A stretch of 38,198 nucleotides of DNA. Source: Spirogloea muscicola (taxonomy: Eukaryota). The notes beneath the pieces are model-generated. The model was not told where the DNA came from. It saw nothing but the letters and a program-made list of their open reading frames with translations, and searched no databases. The stretch is from contig WELB01000019.1 of assembly GCA_009602725.1 (NCBI GenBank), positions 683,680 to 721,877 on the forward strand, in the 5' to 3' direction. Positions 12,634-24,900 of the stretch are shown piece by piece. The translations under genes and the position numbers were made by a program. Each line of letters begins with the position of its first letter. The stretch's first letter is position 1.

Positions 12634-13906
12634 GAGTTAGCCTCAGCAAGTGAGTTATATTGGCAACTTCACCTCCAATTGCTGTACACCGCTGACAGAG
12701 TCCGACCACTAGCTTGTAGCATGACCAATGAGTTGTGGTCCAGCAGCCGAGGACTGTATGCCTATGCACACAATGTTGGACAAGCAGTTAGTGCTCCTTA
12801 AATGACTCTCAGCACTGTCAGTAATTCTCCAAGTCTATTGGATCTCTTTATTCAATAGCAGACTGAATGCAAGGCTAGCATGATTGGCAATGCAAGCCAT
12901 GTTCAATGACACAAACGAGCAGTCTGCCATGCATAAATATATTAAAATAGAATAAAAAGGCTTTTGGAGGACCTACGGTCACTACGAATACCTCTTCGTC
13001 GGACTCAGAGCTGTAGCTGCTGCTGCTAGAGCTCTCAAACTTATGCTCTTCGCAGGGACTGTCATTTGAGAGTCTTCGATTGCCAGACTTTTTGTATGCT
13101 GAGGGCTGCCAGTCGGCTGTGCAATTGTGCCCTTGATGTTGGACAGCCCCGCTCCTGTCCATCACCTCCTGTATGCTAGCAGCAGTTCCACTTGCCGCAA
13201 GCCCGGGCACGGGAAGCCTTGATGCTGGCTTGTCTTGCTGGTAGACTCCAATGTATGGCATGCTCACGCGGTCCTGGAGATACCTAATAGGAGAAATCGG
13301 ATTTTCCTCTTCTCCATCCAGCACAGGCTGAACCTTGGCTTTCAGTATCTCTGGTGATGCTAGCTCAGCCGATGGCTCGTCTCGGGCTTTTACCCCAAGC
13401 CACTCGAACAGACGGGGCAGCCTCTCCAACTTGTCTGCTGAGGCTCGCAATGTTCCTTTGGGCTTTGACACAGGAGCAGAAGGTGCTTTGGATCCACTCG
13501 TGCTTGGGAAGTCATTCATTGGAAGGATCGAAGGGTGGGACCGCTCCGAGCACGGGGCCTCTAAGCCGGAACTTGGCGGAGGTGAAGGGCCAAAGCCAGC
13601 TGCTACCACAAGAAGACTATTAGAAACTAACGGGTTTGGTGCAGTAACATGCGAGTTTGACTTTCTCACGCCAAGCCTGCTTGCATGATCGAAAGTACAA
13701 TCTGCCTGATGGTTCACCGTGCATTGGATCGTGCATCACGCTCCAGTGACCAACCCCTGAATGTCTCCTGCAAGGCCGATGCAACGCCATCCTGCTTTGC
13801 AAATCCAAGACTGAGTATCCATACCTGCAGCTTTCTGGAGATCAGCCGCGTACGACGTCCGAAGCCGCTCCTCGCTCGCCGGCGCGGCGCCCGACGCCTC
13901 CTCCAT
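4703..13906 (-). CDS. Large uncharacterised protein (~2,195 aa): small folded domain, coiled coil and long acidic Ser-rich disordered region. Proposed exons 13906-13825, 13599-12992, 12761-12673, 12299-12087, 11927-11717, 11547-11430, 11203-8403, 8208-7993, 7870-7700, 7512-6777, 6659-6586, 6396-5445, 5019-4703
   Basis: Long minus-strand ORFs (928, 355, 280 and 232 aa) join through canonical GT-AG sites with consistent phases; total 6588 nt, divisible by 3. Heptad-like segment LDELHGQL...RISQLEAEVSNLRQELLRMQ...MERRLLEMGSEKMALQERIAVLESLAEK. No family recognised; some junctions are uncertain. Confidence 0.7.
5367..5404. repeat. Short intronic direct repeat (18 bp twice, period 20)
   Basis: cacatgtcaaaatggtga ag cacatgtcaaaatggtga. 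Confidence 0.85.
8941..9426 (-). repeat. Coding tandem repeat, 3 x 162 bp (54 aa)
   Basis: Units start at ~8941, 9103 and 9265 and encode near-identical copies of EDLSSSMVADIxKADxLxVNKVQQDPVRVEVVxTVVSQDEDCPKxESCTxPGI. Confidence 0.95.
12543..12630. repeat. (AC)44 microsatellite in intron 3 of the orphan gene
   Basis: Uninterrupted AC run. Confidence 0.97.
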
Positions 13907-14698
13907 GTCAGGGCCTGGTTGAAGCCGGGCCAGGCGTTCTTTGGCTGGCAGTACGCCGTGTCCCAGGCAATACGGCTTGTGCCCGCGGAACGAGCAACCT
14001 TGGCCGCCGCCTCCGCCTAATTCACCGCCTCGCGGCCTTGGACGCGCGCACGCCGCGACCTCTGCCGGCGCGTCGGCAGCGGCGCCGGCGCCGCAACTCG
14101 CGGCGGGCCTCGCGGGGGCCGCCTCCGAGGCGATTTGAACCCCAAGCTTCCCTAACACCGTCGCCCCAGGCGAGTTTTTGAATCGGAGGCTTCCTCGGAC
14201 ACACCTCTGCACAGACAACTGATTATTTCAAGGCCGCTCCGCCGGGAGACGACCTACCCAGCCGTCCCAAGACCGTTGAGCTAGACCGCCTTCGAACGGC
14301 CTCATCCGCCTTCCCCGTGACCAGTCGGCTCCGAGGGCTCCAGCATGTGTCAGATCTAGGAAGGGGCAACGCGGTCGTCAAAATTGCTCAGTAGCTCGAG
14401 ATCTTCCGTCAGAGCCGCGCCGCGCGGCACGGACTGCGGCGCGGACTGCGGCGCGGATTGCGGCGCTCCTCAGGGCGGCGGCCGCGGCGCCGCAGCTGCN
14501 CGGCGGCGGTCTGCCGAGCCAAGAGCATCCAGACCGCTCCGGCTCTGTCCCGCAGCTCGACCGGCGGTGCCGATCTCGCGTCGGAGGCACGCCGGGAGCC
14601 CCGCTGCTTGGCGGGAGGAGCCCCCGGAAGCCTTGGCCAGGCGCGAGCTGCTGTAAGTGCTCCGCCAGCTCGCCGGGGCGAGGCCCCGAGCGGCGACG

Positions 14699-17600
14699 AT
14701 GACCGCCGCCACCACCGCCGCCGCCGCGACGTCGCGCGAGCCGACGCCGCCACCGGGCAACCCCTTCCGCGACCTTAACGTGCGGGAGTACGTGGGCCAC
14801 CGCAAGAGCGTGAGCGCCCGCCCCTTTCCCCTCCCCTCAAGACGGGCTCTGGGGTCAGGTTAGGGTTTAGACCCTAGGTTGTTGGCCAGGCTGCCGTGCC
14901 CCGGCCTGCCGGACGTCTTCACGCCAATGGAGGCCATTGCAGCACACCAAGAGGCCACAGCTGAGGAGCAGCTGCCTCAAGCTCCTCGATGGCTGGACCT
15001 AGCTCACTTGTGTGCTTTGTTGAGCGCAAATAGGCCCTCCCATGTGGCTGAGACCTGTTCTGCGGACTCCCTCGAGCTCATGCGAGCTGCCCTTCATGTT
15101 GCAATTCGGCCAGACGTAGTGCTCGATATATTTGAGGCCCTTTCTCCATGTGGAGTGTGGCTGCCAATCTGCTCGTTGCAGGTCGCAATGCAAGTCAGAC
15201 TGCACCTATTCATTAGGGTTTAGGAAGTTGTGTTTGAGGTCCAGGGCAATGTCATGCTTTTACTGCTCTTCGCTTTGAGCATGCTGAGTATGCTCAAGGC
15301 TGCCGCGGGATATGCGAATTCAGTAGAGCCATATGCCAGAATCGCAGAAATTGAGGAGCGTTTAAGGAGTCATCTTTGTCATAAATAGTGAGCCTGTCCG
15401 AAAGCCCCACGTGCATGCCGTCAGAGCCCTGCAAGGAAGTAGGTCACCGTGACATCTTCTTGTGGGCCTCACTACAGATGAGATGCTGTCAGACGTCCAC
15501 AGTCGTGTATGGCTGAGCTAAGGGTTGAACCTGAGACTCAATTTCGCTCACTGTCTCTTTGCCTGAAGCAAGCAGGTGCACTCTGTGGCATGGAACAGCA
15601 CTGGACGGAAGCTGGCATCCGGGTCCACCGACTACACCGCCAACATCTGGCACATCGACCCTGCAGGCTCTGTGAGTTGCCCCAGCTCACAGGCTACAGC
15701 TCACCTTTCATAGACTTCCCAAACAGTCTTGCTGTAGACACCTTTAAAATCTGAGCTAGAGACAGAAATCTGCAAGATTGTGCAATAATACTGGGTGTCA
15801 GCAATGCCCTTTGAGCTGTCTACAGAAGCAAATCGATGATCTTCTCGCAGGAGGTATCATTTCTCGCAGCGGGCCAGTCCTCAAGTCTTTGTTGCCCCTT
15901 GCAATAGAAGTTTTTACTCCTGTCTCAACCTTCCTTCTTACTGAAGTGTGTATTGAGAATTTTGCTGAAATTTGACCAATTCCTAAGAATTTGCACCTTG
16001 TGCGTTCTCAGATTGTTTCAGTTGTGAAGGTGGTCCACATATGCTGTTGACTGCCTACACATTTGCATGTTTTGACAAACAATGATAATCATTATTATAC
16101 ACAACAGTAGTAAATGTCAGAGTGTGCCCAGCAGATAGTGCACCAAGCAAGGCCCTTGGCTTTGTCATGTTTTGTCTTTGTCTTGTCAAGTGCCAGCCTT
16201 ACTGAGCCTCTGCTCTGTGGCGCAGATATACTGCATGCTGTACTCCACTGGCTAGTCCTGACCCCGAGCTGTTACCTGGCAGGGCAAGACAGGGGGTGCT
16301 GGAAAGGAGGTGGAGCTCAGGGGGCACACTTCCAGTGTCGAGCAAGTGTGCTGGCACCCTAGCCATCCAGACACTGTTGCAACCTGCTCCTTTGATCGCA
16401 GCGTCCGCCTCTGGGATGCCCGCTGTGAGCTCATCGCTCCTTCTGGTGTGAAACACCCAAAATGTGACAACAGCTTGTCCTCAGTCACGAGTTGCTGTGA
16501 GCCCCGGTTGTCATTCATGAGATGGTCCTGATGCATTCACAAGAAGGACCTGATGAGATTGGTCAGGTCTTTTGGTGTACTGGGGTGCGACGATTAAGAC
16601 ATTGTGGCTATGCAACACGATTGCCAATCACCTTGAGCAAGTCTACTTGTTAGCAGCCAGACTCAGCTCTGAAGCAGTCAACTCCTTTCAGCAGGAAAAT
16701 TGAGCCAAGAGGCCCGCCTGAGTGGGGAGAACATTAACATTGCCTTCAATCCTGAAGGAACACACATTGCAATTGGAAACACGGTGGGTTCATCTTATCA
16801 ATAAGAGTTGCAGATGTGTTGCACATGACGCGCATGAATAGAAGCTTGTATTTGTTTGAAATGCCTGGTGTGCTGACATATCTTGAATTGGATGCTGGCA
16901 ACAGGCAGACGAGTTGACTATCATAGACGTCCGGAAATTTAAGCAAGTTATCAAGAAGAAGTTTACCTATGAGGTAAGCCTGGCATTTGAAAGGTAGACA
17001 CCGTCTCTACTGACAATTTCATTATCTTCATATGTTTTACCAGGCTACATGGTTGTGCTATTGCAGGTCAATGAGCTGTCCTGGAACCGGAAAGGAGACC
17101 TCTTCTTTGTGACCACTGGAAATGGTAGTGAATATGTTGGCCTACATATCTGCTGATGTATAGTGGATCTCCAGAATGCATGTTTCCAGTATCTGAAGCA
17201 TTACGATTATATGATGTGATTGTGGTGCCCAATCTGTACCAGGCACTGTGGAAGTTATGCCTCACCTCTCGACACAGACCTTGCATACAGTTGCAGCTCA
17301 CACGCACGGCTGCTACTCTATTGACTTTGACCAGACAGGCAGGTCAGTGCTGCAGGCTTGCGCGCGTTTCGCATGTTTCTGAGGCCTTGGTGTACTCTGT
17401 ATCTAAGGAAACGTCATTCACATCTCACATTATACTCCATGATGAGAATGTGAATGATTTCTCCTTTGCACGGACCCCAATGGTGTCCAAACACATGGCA
17501 GATACTTTGCTGTGGGCAGTGCTGATGCACTTGTAAGCCTCTGGGATGCCATAGAGATGCTTTGCGTTCGGACATTCTTCAGGCTAGAGTGAGGCTCTAC

Positions 17601-18473
17601 TCCCTCCCAGCTTAGGTATGCTCATGGGCTGTATGCATTCTTTCGTTCGAATTTGCAAGGCTGTTTCATCCTTCGTGCTTAGTACATTGACACAGACAAG
17701 TGGAGAGCTCAGTGTTGATGAGCAATAGAATACCATAGATTATCATATGGCTGTCATTGGGTACTCGAAGAAGTTGCTGAATTGACCTCTACTGTTGTTG
17801 GAGGTTGTGTGTATCTGCAGACACCCTGTTAGGACTCTGAGCTTCAACTATGATGGTCAGTATCTCGCATCCGCCAGCGAAGATCTGGTCATTGACATTG
17901 TGAGTTCTTGCTAGCATACTTGTGACCATATGAACACACCAAAGGAGAGTTCTGCAGACTGCATTGCTACGTCAATCTGCAATCTGAGAGAAAGCTTGAG
18001 CAATTCCAGTCACAATAGGAGCATCCTAATTATCAGCATGTACAGGACCTACTAGGTAATCAGATCATGTCTAGTACCTTCTGCTTCAATCCCTTGACGG
18101 TGTGCTTGCCATTCTTTGTCATTTATACGTTCAGACTCGTTGCAAGACTGTTAGGAGGTTACTAAGTGTGCAAGTGCCCTGCTCTTGATAGTGCGAGGTG
18201 GAGACGGGGAGATTGGTGCACACTTTGAAAACCCGGGCTGCAGCAAATTGTGTTGCATTCAACCCGTGCTGCAATCTTCTCGCCTATGCAACTGACGAAA
18301 CACCTCGCTATAATGTTCCCGAGGGTAATGCAATCCGCTTGGTGAAGAAGGCTTCTGCGCTGTCTCGATGTGACAGTGCACCCTGCCATCTGCGCGCTTG
18401 TATGTATGTATGCTGACCTTGCGTGCTATGCATTGCAGGTATATTTCGCGTGTTTGGTTTCGAGGCTCCATGA
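14699..18473 (+). CDS. THOC3: THO complex subunit 3 (TEX1), WD40 protein; exons 14699-14809, 15576-15671, 16283-16424, 16692-16783, 16905-16973, 17067-17124, 17243-17342, 17502-17588, 17821-17899, 18192-18324, 18439-18473
   Basis: Spliced translation includes REYVGHRKSVHSVAWNSTGRKLASGS, ELRGHTSSVEQVCWHP, LSGENINIAFNP, YEVNELSWN, AHTHGCYSIDFD, YFAVGSADALVSLWD, HPVRTLSFNYDGQYLASASED and GIFRVFGF. All junctions are GT-AG and in phase. Confidence 0.95.
14860..14870 (-). promoter_or_regulatory. Telo-box in THOC3 intron 1, with a second copy at 15213-15224
   Basis: TTAGGGTTTAG (AAACCCTA on the minus strand) about 50 nt into intron 1, and TTAGGGTTTAGG at 15213. Confidence 0.55.
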
Positions 18474-19077
18474 CCTGACTGAATCCTGCACTGTTTCGTT
18501 GTATTGCTGGTAAAATAATATCACTCTACCAACATCTAACTTGGATAAATGGAGGTGCTGTTTGCGATATGAATAAGGAAGGAGCTTGCATATGTGATTG
18601 TTGTGAGGAGTTCACTGAATGAGCTTAAGCAGAGAACACAGGAATTGTGACCAATGCTACTGATTCCCTACAGAGCCTGGGTGTCGGAGCGGGCAAGCCC
18701 TATATCAAGTGGCTACCCGACATTCATACAGCACTCGGAAAGGCGAGGTTCCAGCGGACTTGTCGGGCCCCTGCCAGCAGGGCATAAGTTCCAAGCATGA
18801 ACTGCAGGCTACCTCGCTGCCTACCCCTTTCTGTACTGCTGTTGCAATGGCTGGTGGTTATGCCCTCCTTTGATGAGCATGTATTACTCCTCAAAATAGC
18901 AGCATGGCAAGTGATCGAGTCTCTCCGGTTGGAGAGACCTCACTGGCACATATACCACATTGTCACCTATTGAGCTGTCTCTTCATGCTGGCTGTTTAGA
19001 CCCAAATGCTGGTGTTGGACTTGAAAATTTACTCTCGGCCTAAACAGTGCCCCAGCTGCCCAGCAGCATGATCAATG

Positions 19078-20363
19078 TGTTGAGGAACTGGCTTACATTT
19101 GCCGAGCTCTGGCCTGTCATATGGGGCTGTTGCTCCTGCTGTTGGGATCGCTGGCTTGCTGGGGCCTCGCTGTGAGTCGGCCGCATGCACTGGCTACAGC
19201 AACAGGCTTCTGGAGCGGAGCCAAAGACCTCCTTCTTATGTGCCTGATTGTCGGCTAATAACCTTGCAATTTGGCTACGATTAGTGGCAGTAGATTCTGA
19301 CTAACAGCCGCTTGTTTGCCAGAGAGTGTTGCTACCCATTGTGAGTAAAGTCTCCTACAAGCCAACGGTTGGCATTGTGCTGCTGTTTGTCCTCTTAGAC
19401 ATTCTCAGATGGTCACCGACCCTTGAATCAGTTGAGTCTGGTCAGGCATGTCTCCTCACCATTTCTCTCGGCAATGCTTGTGGGGCTGGCCATTGCAGTC
19501 TCCCTGCTGTGAAGATCGATCTTCTTGGGCGGCCACTCAACAATCTGCATTGTGGTGCTCACGCTTGGGAGCTCGTGCCCATGCAGCAGTTAGTCCGCCT
19601 CCAGCATTTGGCAGCAATCTAGCAGAAGTTGAGCCAGCAGCGTTGTGGTGGGGCACTGGCCGCTTCACTGCGTAGGCGGCCTCTGCTTGCACTCTTGTGA
19701 AAATAGAGCTAAATAGAAGCTAAATAGGTGAAGCCGTGAATGTCCAGCCCCAAAGCATTAGACAATCCGAGTACTTAGTGCGGCAAGCAAAAGTTGCAAT
19801 GGTGCTTCATAACCACTAGTCAACAGACGCTAGTTTGAATTGCGTAGCAGCTGAAAGAGGACTGTGGTTGGCCCTCCATACCTCTAGTCAACAGATGAAA
19901 GCCGGCAAATGTTAGCAATTGAAAAGAGAAGTAGCTCCGCCAAAGGGGGCGATAGCTGTGACGTCCATTTCAGAGTCCAATAGACCATCCTCGTGGAGGA
20001 TTGTGCCACAGACGAGAAAGGCGCGCGGTGCACATGAATGAAATGAAAGCCACATCAAGCCAATACACTGAAGCCAGTACGTGTTTGGGCAAATGCTAGT
20101 CGCAAGCAATCGGCTAACGTAAGCGAAGCCCTGTACGACAAAGGGGGGCACGGAAGTGGACAAGGTCCTAAGGGGGCCTAAATTCACAATCAACGCAGCC
20201 ACGCGACCGAGTACTATGACTAATCGCTCGGCTGGATAAAGAGCAGAGGGGCAATCGCTGTGGAAAGGGCAGCCCAAAAGAAGGTATAAGCACCAGAAGG
20301 GCCCGGAAAAACAGCGAAGCACTCAGCAACGTATAGAGCTACTTCATGGATGGCCCCTCAACA
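19078..20363. mobile_element. Possible degenerate LTR-like remnant in a gene-free interval
   Basis: 8-bp inverted ends TGTTGAGG...CCTCAACA (TG...CA, LTR-like) and no convincing exons between THOC3 and the next gene. No TSD found. Confidence 0.22.
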
Positions 20364-21302
20364 CTAGCTGATAGGTAAGCTGAAAGGACAACACGTTAAC
20401 AGTGAGAGCGAGAAGAAAGTGCTCGCCCAGAGAGAAGAGGAGCTGGCAAAGCCAGCCCAACAAGAATGGACAATGTCCAAAGCCAGAGAAAGAGCAAGAG
20501 CTCTTTCAAGACTATACTCTGCTACTCATCCCTCTTTTTCTTTGTATTTCTTGCAAACAGTGTACTCATTGCTTTGGCCTCACCCTCTTATCTCAGGTGC
20601 ACCACGCCTATTTCAAAAAGGGGGTAATAGACTACTGCATAGGCCAGCCCGAAGAAGAACGGATAACATTAGCAACAGCAGTCTCGAAGAATGTGGCTCT
20701 CCCAATGGGCGCAAGGGGCTGTGAACAGCCAGTCCGAGAAGGGCCGAAGGCGATAAAAGCGCTGTCTCAGAGCTTGCCCAGTATTATGAACCACTTAGTA
20801 ACCACGAGTGTGGAGCCGCAAATCAGAAAGACTAGCAGCCGGAAAGCAATCCCCCTGACGAAAGCTAGAGGCTGCAGCTAGAGCACAGCCAGCACGCGGG
20901 TGCAAGGCGTGGGACTGGAGTAAGATGGAGAGGCGCATGTTAAAGTCCTGAGCTAGCGAGCCAGCCGTGACCGTGTATTAGAAAGAAATGTAGGCCAAAT
21001 GGCCAGGTACAAAGGCAAGCACATCTGAAGATCTACATAACCTTCAGCAGATTGACCCGCTCAATAACCACGGGCCAGCGGTCGTTGACGTCGGCCTGCT
21101 CACCGCGCCTGCGCAACACAGCGCGTCGCGCAAGCGAGGCCAGCAGGTCGAGCCACTGAACAGCAAAGATCAAGCAAGAGCGCTTCCAAACTGACTGGTG
21201 GCAAAAATGGGACTCGAAAGCCCCGTGCACACCTCGAAGACGTGGGCCGCTCCTGCGCCTCGTCTGGACGGCGCCCGCCATTGCCCGAGCTTCCTTACAC
21301 GA

Positions 21303-21330
21303 ACACGTGGCCACGAGCTCGCCACGTGGC
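21303..21330. promoter_or_regulatory. Tandem G-box/ABRE pair upstream of the kinase-like gene
   Basis: ACACGTGGC at 21303-21311 and the palindrome GCCACGTGGC at 21321-21330, about 600 bp upstream of ATG 21920. Site-II-like TGGGCCC motifs near 21622 and 21666. Confidence 0.55.
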
Positions 21331-21919
21331 ATTCGCCATGCGGGAATTCGGGCCCCACTCCCGCCGGCTGCAGCTGGGCTTCGCGACCGTCCGATCGAGA
21401 CGGGGCGATCCGGCGGCCTGGTGGGCTGCCCTGCGACCAGCGGCCCAGGTTAGCGGGAGGCCACGCCCGCTAATGCATCGGTAAACCGCCGGCGCTGGAT
21501 GGCCTCTCCGTTTCCAAACGGTGCTCCGGCGGCAAGACGTGACTAGCGAGCCGGTGCCGTCCCGGCTCCGCGCGGCCAACTGGCCGTCATGTGCTGCGAG
21601 ACATTTCACCATCAGTTGCAGTGGGCCCAACTGGGTCCTACGCTCCACCATTGGTCCAGTGGGGTGGGCCCATCAACAACCAGGCGGGCGCCGACGCCAC
21701 CGCCGCCGCCGCAGCCGCCGCCACCGCGCCGCGCTGCAGCTGCCTGCTCCGGCCCCGACCTCGTCCGCCGCGCGGCCGAGGCCGCGGCGATCATTGCTGC
21801 GGTTGTGGACCCCGATACACGGCAATCCGCGCGACGGAGGCGGCGGCTGCCCGCTTGCGAAGTATCTGCGTCATTCTGAGGCTCGGCAGGACTGTCCGTC
21901 GGCGCCCCTGGCCGCCTTG

Positions 21920-24900
21920 ATGGCGGACCGCGGAGCGGCTGTATTACCTCGCGCTGCGGATGGCTATGCTTGCCGCAGCGTTCTTGCGTCAGGGGACTTT
22001 GGCAGGAATGGCTTACATACGGTCAGCGCGAGGGGATCGGCGTTGGCCTCCAAGTTGCAGGAAGTGGCAACCATCCCGCAGCACCAGAGCAAGACCCGTG
22101 GGAAGTCTTCTTTGCAACGAAACGACAGTGCAGTGAGGATGCAGGCAGGAAGGAGTTCAGAGAGTCTCACCGAGGAGGGGGCTCAGGGTGCAGTGAATGG
22201 CTACTCTGGGAGGTCAGTTTGGGCTGTGCACTAGCTGAAGGCAAACTTCAATGTCTGGACATGTCCATCGTACTACTTATAGGCATCCACTTGCCCCTTC
22301 CGAGTAGGTCAGCGGTGTATCTTGTGAAGTTGAAACACCAGCTGAGCTGAATCATATTCATGTAGAGTTGTTAGTTGGACCAACACTACAGTCTCGAGAG
22401 AATTTGCATTGAGAGTTCCGTAGCTTCCACAGACTTAGAGAGGTTGCTTGTCATTGAAGTGGAAGCTCTCAGAACTGCAGGAACAGCACTACAAGCTATG
22501 TAAGCAAGGGTGCAAGCTCAACTGCAAGCATGGACAAGATAGAGGAGCAGGCAAAGGCGTCCATTGAGAAGTTGAAGCACATCCTGTACAAGCTAAAGAC
22601 CAGGAGCGCAGAGGTGATGACCTGCACTTTCTGTAGCTGCATACGACGTGCTAATGCACAAAGCTTCAAGTTGTCAAAGGGCTGTTGTAAATAGGCGGCA
22701 ATAATAGCAATCTGTTACATTGTGTCTCTCATTTTGTTTCATCACATGTGCTTAGCAATTTCTGCAATCATTGTGTGGTTGATGTAGGCAAACTCAACCA
22801 GTATCACATCTACCAGCACCATCGTGGACGACCGAGAAACAAGCAGCACAACTACAAGGTCATGGTCATTACCTGAAGCTGCAGAAATATGTTGGGGAGT
22901 AAATATCCATTTGTACGATGATGCTTTGCATGCAGCACTATTCAGGTCAGATGTGTTTCCTGATTGAGAAGACATTTTGCAGGTTGACCGAGGATAAGCG
23001 CGACATGTATTTGTCACAGAAGATCGAGGTGGATATAAGGGGCATGAATCACGTAGAGAAGGGGGGGCAGATCATCAACATTCTACCAGAGAATGAGGTG
23101 GAATTAGTTGAGAGGGAGTTGGATGAAGAGTTACATCAAGAGACACAATTGCAATATGATTCACTAACATGCACACGGACCATGGTGGAGATAGGTGCGT
23201 GAAGTTCCAGTGTCAGCTATCTTACCAATGAGCTGCCTGCTTGTCAGATGCTCAAGGTCAATCCCTGGGCAGCTTTCTAGAAAGCTGCCAACTGCTTTCA
23301 AATAGTTAGCTAAGTGTGGTTTGGCTAGGTTGTTATATATTCAACTCAGTCTGTGATGCTATGTCTGTACAATGTTTTGTGCAGATGAAGAGAATCAGAC
23401 TGCTGTTGTGACAATCACGGCAACGGTAAGAGGAGCAGATGTGACTGACCAAAACCTCTACACAGACATGACAGTGGCCATGGCTGCTCGTGCGCTTGCT
23501 CGTACCTGCCTTTCCTTTGATGAGGAAGCTCAGGTGAGTAATTCTATTCCAAGTATAATCTGGCATCTGCATGAAGACTATGCATCTTGCACCAGGCATT
23601 TTGACTTGCAACTGTTGATATGACATAAATTGCTTATCTTTTCTGTGACTGAGACATGGCGCCCTTGTGTACAGGCTGCACTGAGAAATGCATCACCTAT
23701 GCCAATGGCTGAAGTCTTTCTCAGTGGAGGCCAGCAACTCCATCATCGCTTGCTAGAGCACTTGAAGAACAGCAGTGTTGTGAGCTTCAGCCCGTGCTCG
23801 CTTGGCAGCACGCCTTTTCGGCAGTGCTACAGCGTCTCGCTGCTGGGCTCGCAGGGCGCTCAGCTTGATGCAATATTCAAGCCCTTCACTCCAGGGGACT
23901 CTTTAGGCAGGTGGAAGCGGGCGCCTGCTGACTGGGTTGCCTACAAGGTACACCTCCACGGAGCAACATTTTAATGATTGGTCGTGGTCTGTGCTTCTTT
24001 CCACTGCAGGAGCGAGGCACAATATATGCTGTAGCTTTGGGGCATCCTAGGTGCCTTTTGTATGACATAATGGATTGCCTGCTTCAACTGTTGATCCAGG
24101 TTGGTTTACTACTGGGCTTTGACATGGTTCCGCCAGCCGTCATTCGGAGGGATATCACATTGGGTCAGGAGACATCTGATCTTGGCGTGCTAACGGCAAA
24201 AGTTAACGACTTGCAGCCACTGTCAAACATCCCTTCTCAGGTACGAGCTTGCAGGTTTCAATCACATTGGAACTCATCATAGTGATTACCTATCCCTTCT
24301 CCCACAAGCTTCCCTACCCTGGCTAGCATGTTAACACCTTACCATGTACAACACAGGCTTGGGATGACGCCATACCAGCAGCTGTTGTCAGTAACGGCCA
24401 CATACTAGATGCCCTGCTGGGAAATGCCCCCCGCCATGCGAGCAACTTCAAAGCTGGCATGCACTGGGAGCAGAAAGGCAAGCTGCGGCCTGTGCTTGTT
24501 GATCATCCCATGGGCCCTATGCAAGGAGAACTGCATGCCATGTGGGCCAGGCGAGGCCAGTCAGAAGGTGGCGTGCAGGTTAGTGCCAGTCATGGCACCC
24601 ATGGATACCTGCATTGCAGCAGGTTCTCTTTTTGTGGTCAATGTCTGATTCCTTACTTCTCGCACTTGATGATGACATGCTCACTTATCATGACTGATTG
24701 TCGGTGTCAATCTGGTTCTTGTGCTGAGATGGGCCATTGAAGAGCTTGATCATTCAAGCACCTTCAGAGCTCCGGCTAGCAAGCCCCTCCAGTGTGTATA
24801 TACAGTACCAGATGGCTACCAGCTTACTCAGTATCTGATCACTTTGTGTGTTGCAGTACGTCAGTCCTTCGACACTCCTGAAATTGAGACAACTGAACCG

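Noticed and set aside
12437..12769. ORFs with poly-CV and poly-HT tracts
   Set aside because: Translation artefacts of the (AC)n microsatellite.
14810..18438. Intronic C/D-box snoRNA candidates (TGATGA motifs in THOC3 introns)
   Set aside because: No convincing C/D pair with a terminal stem or rRNA-complementary guide; no tRNA or rRNA seen in the window.
20402..20881. 159-aa plus-strand ORF
   Set aside because: No ATG start, splice support or recognisable domain.
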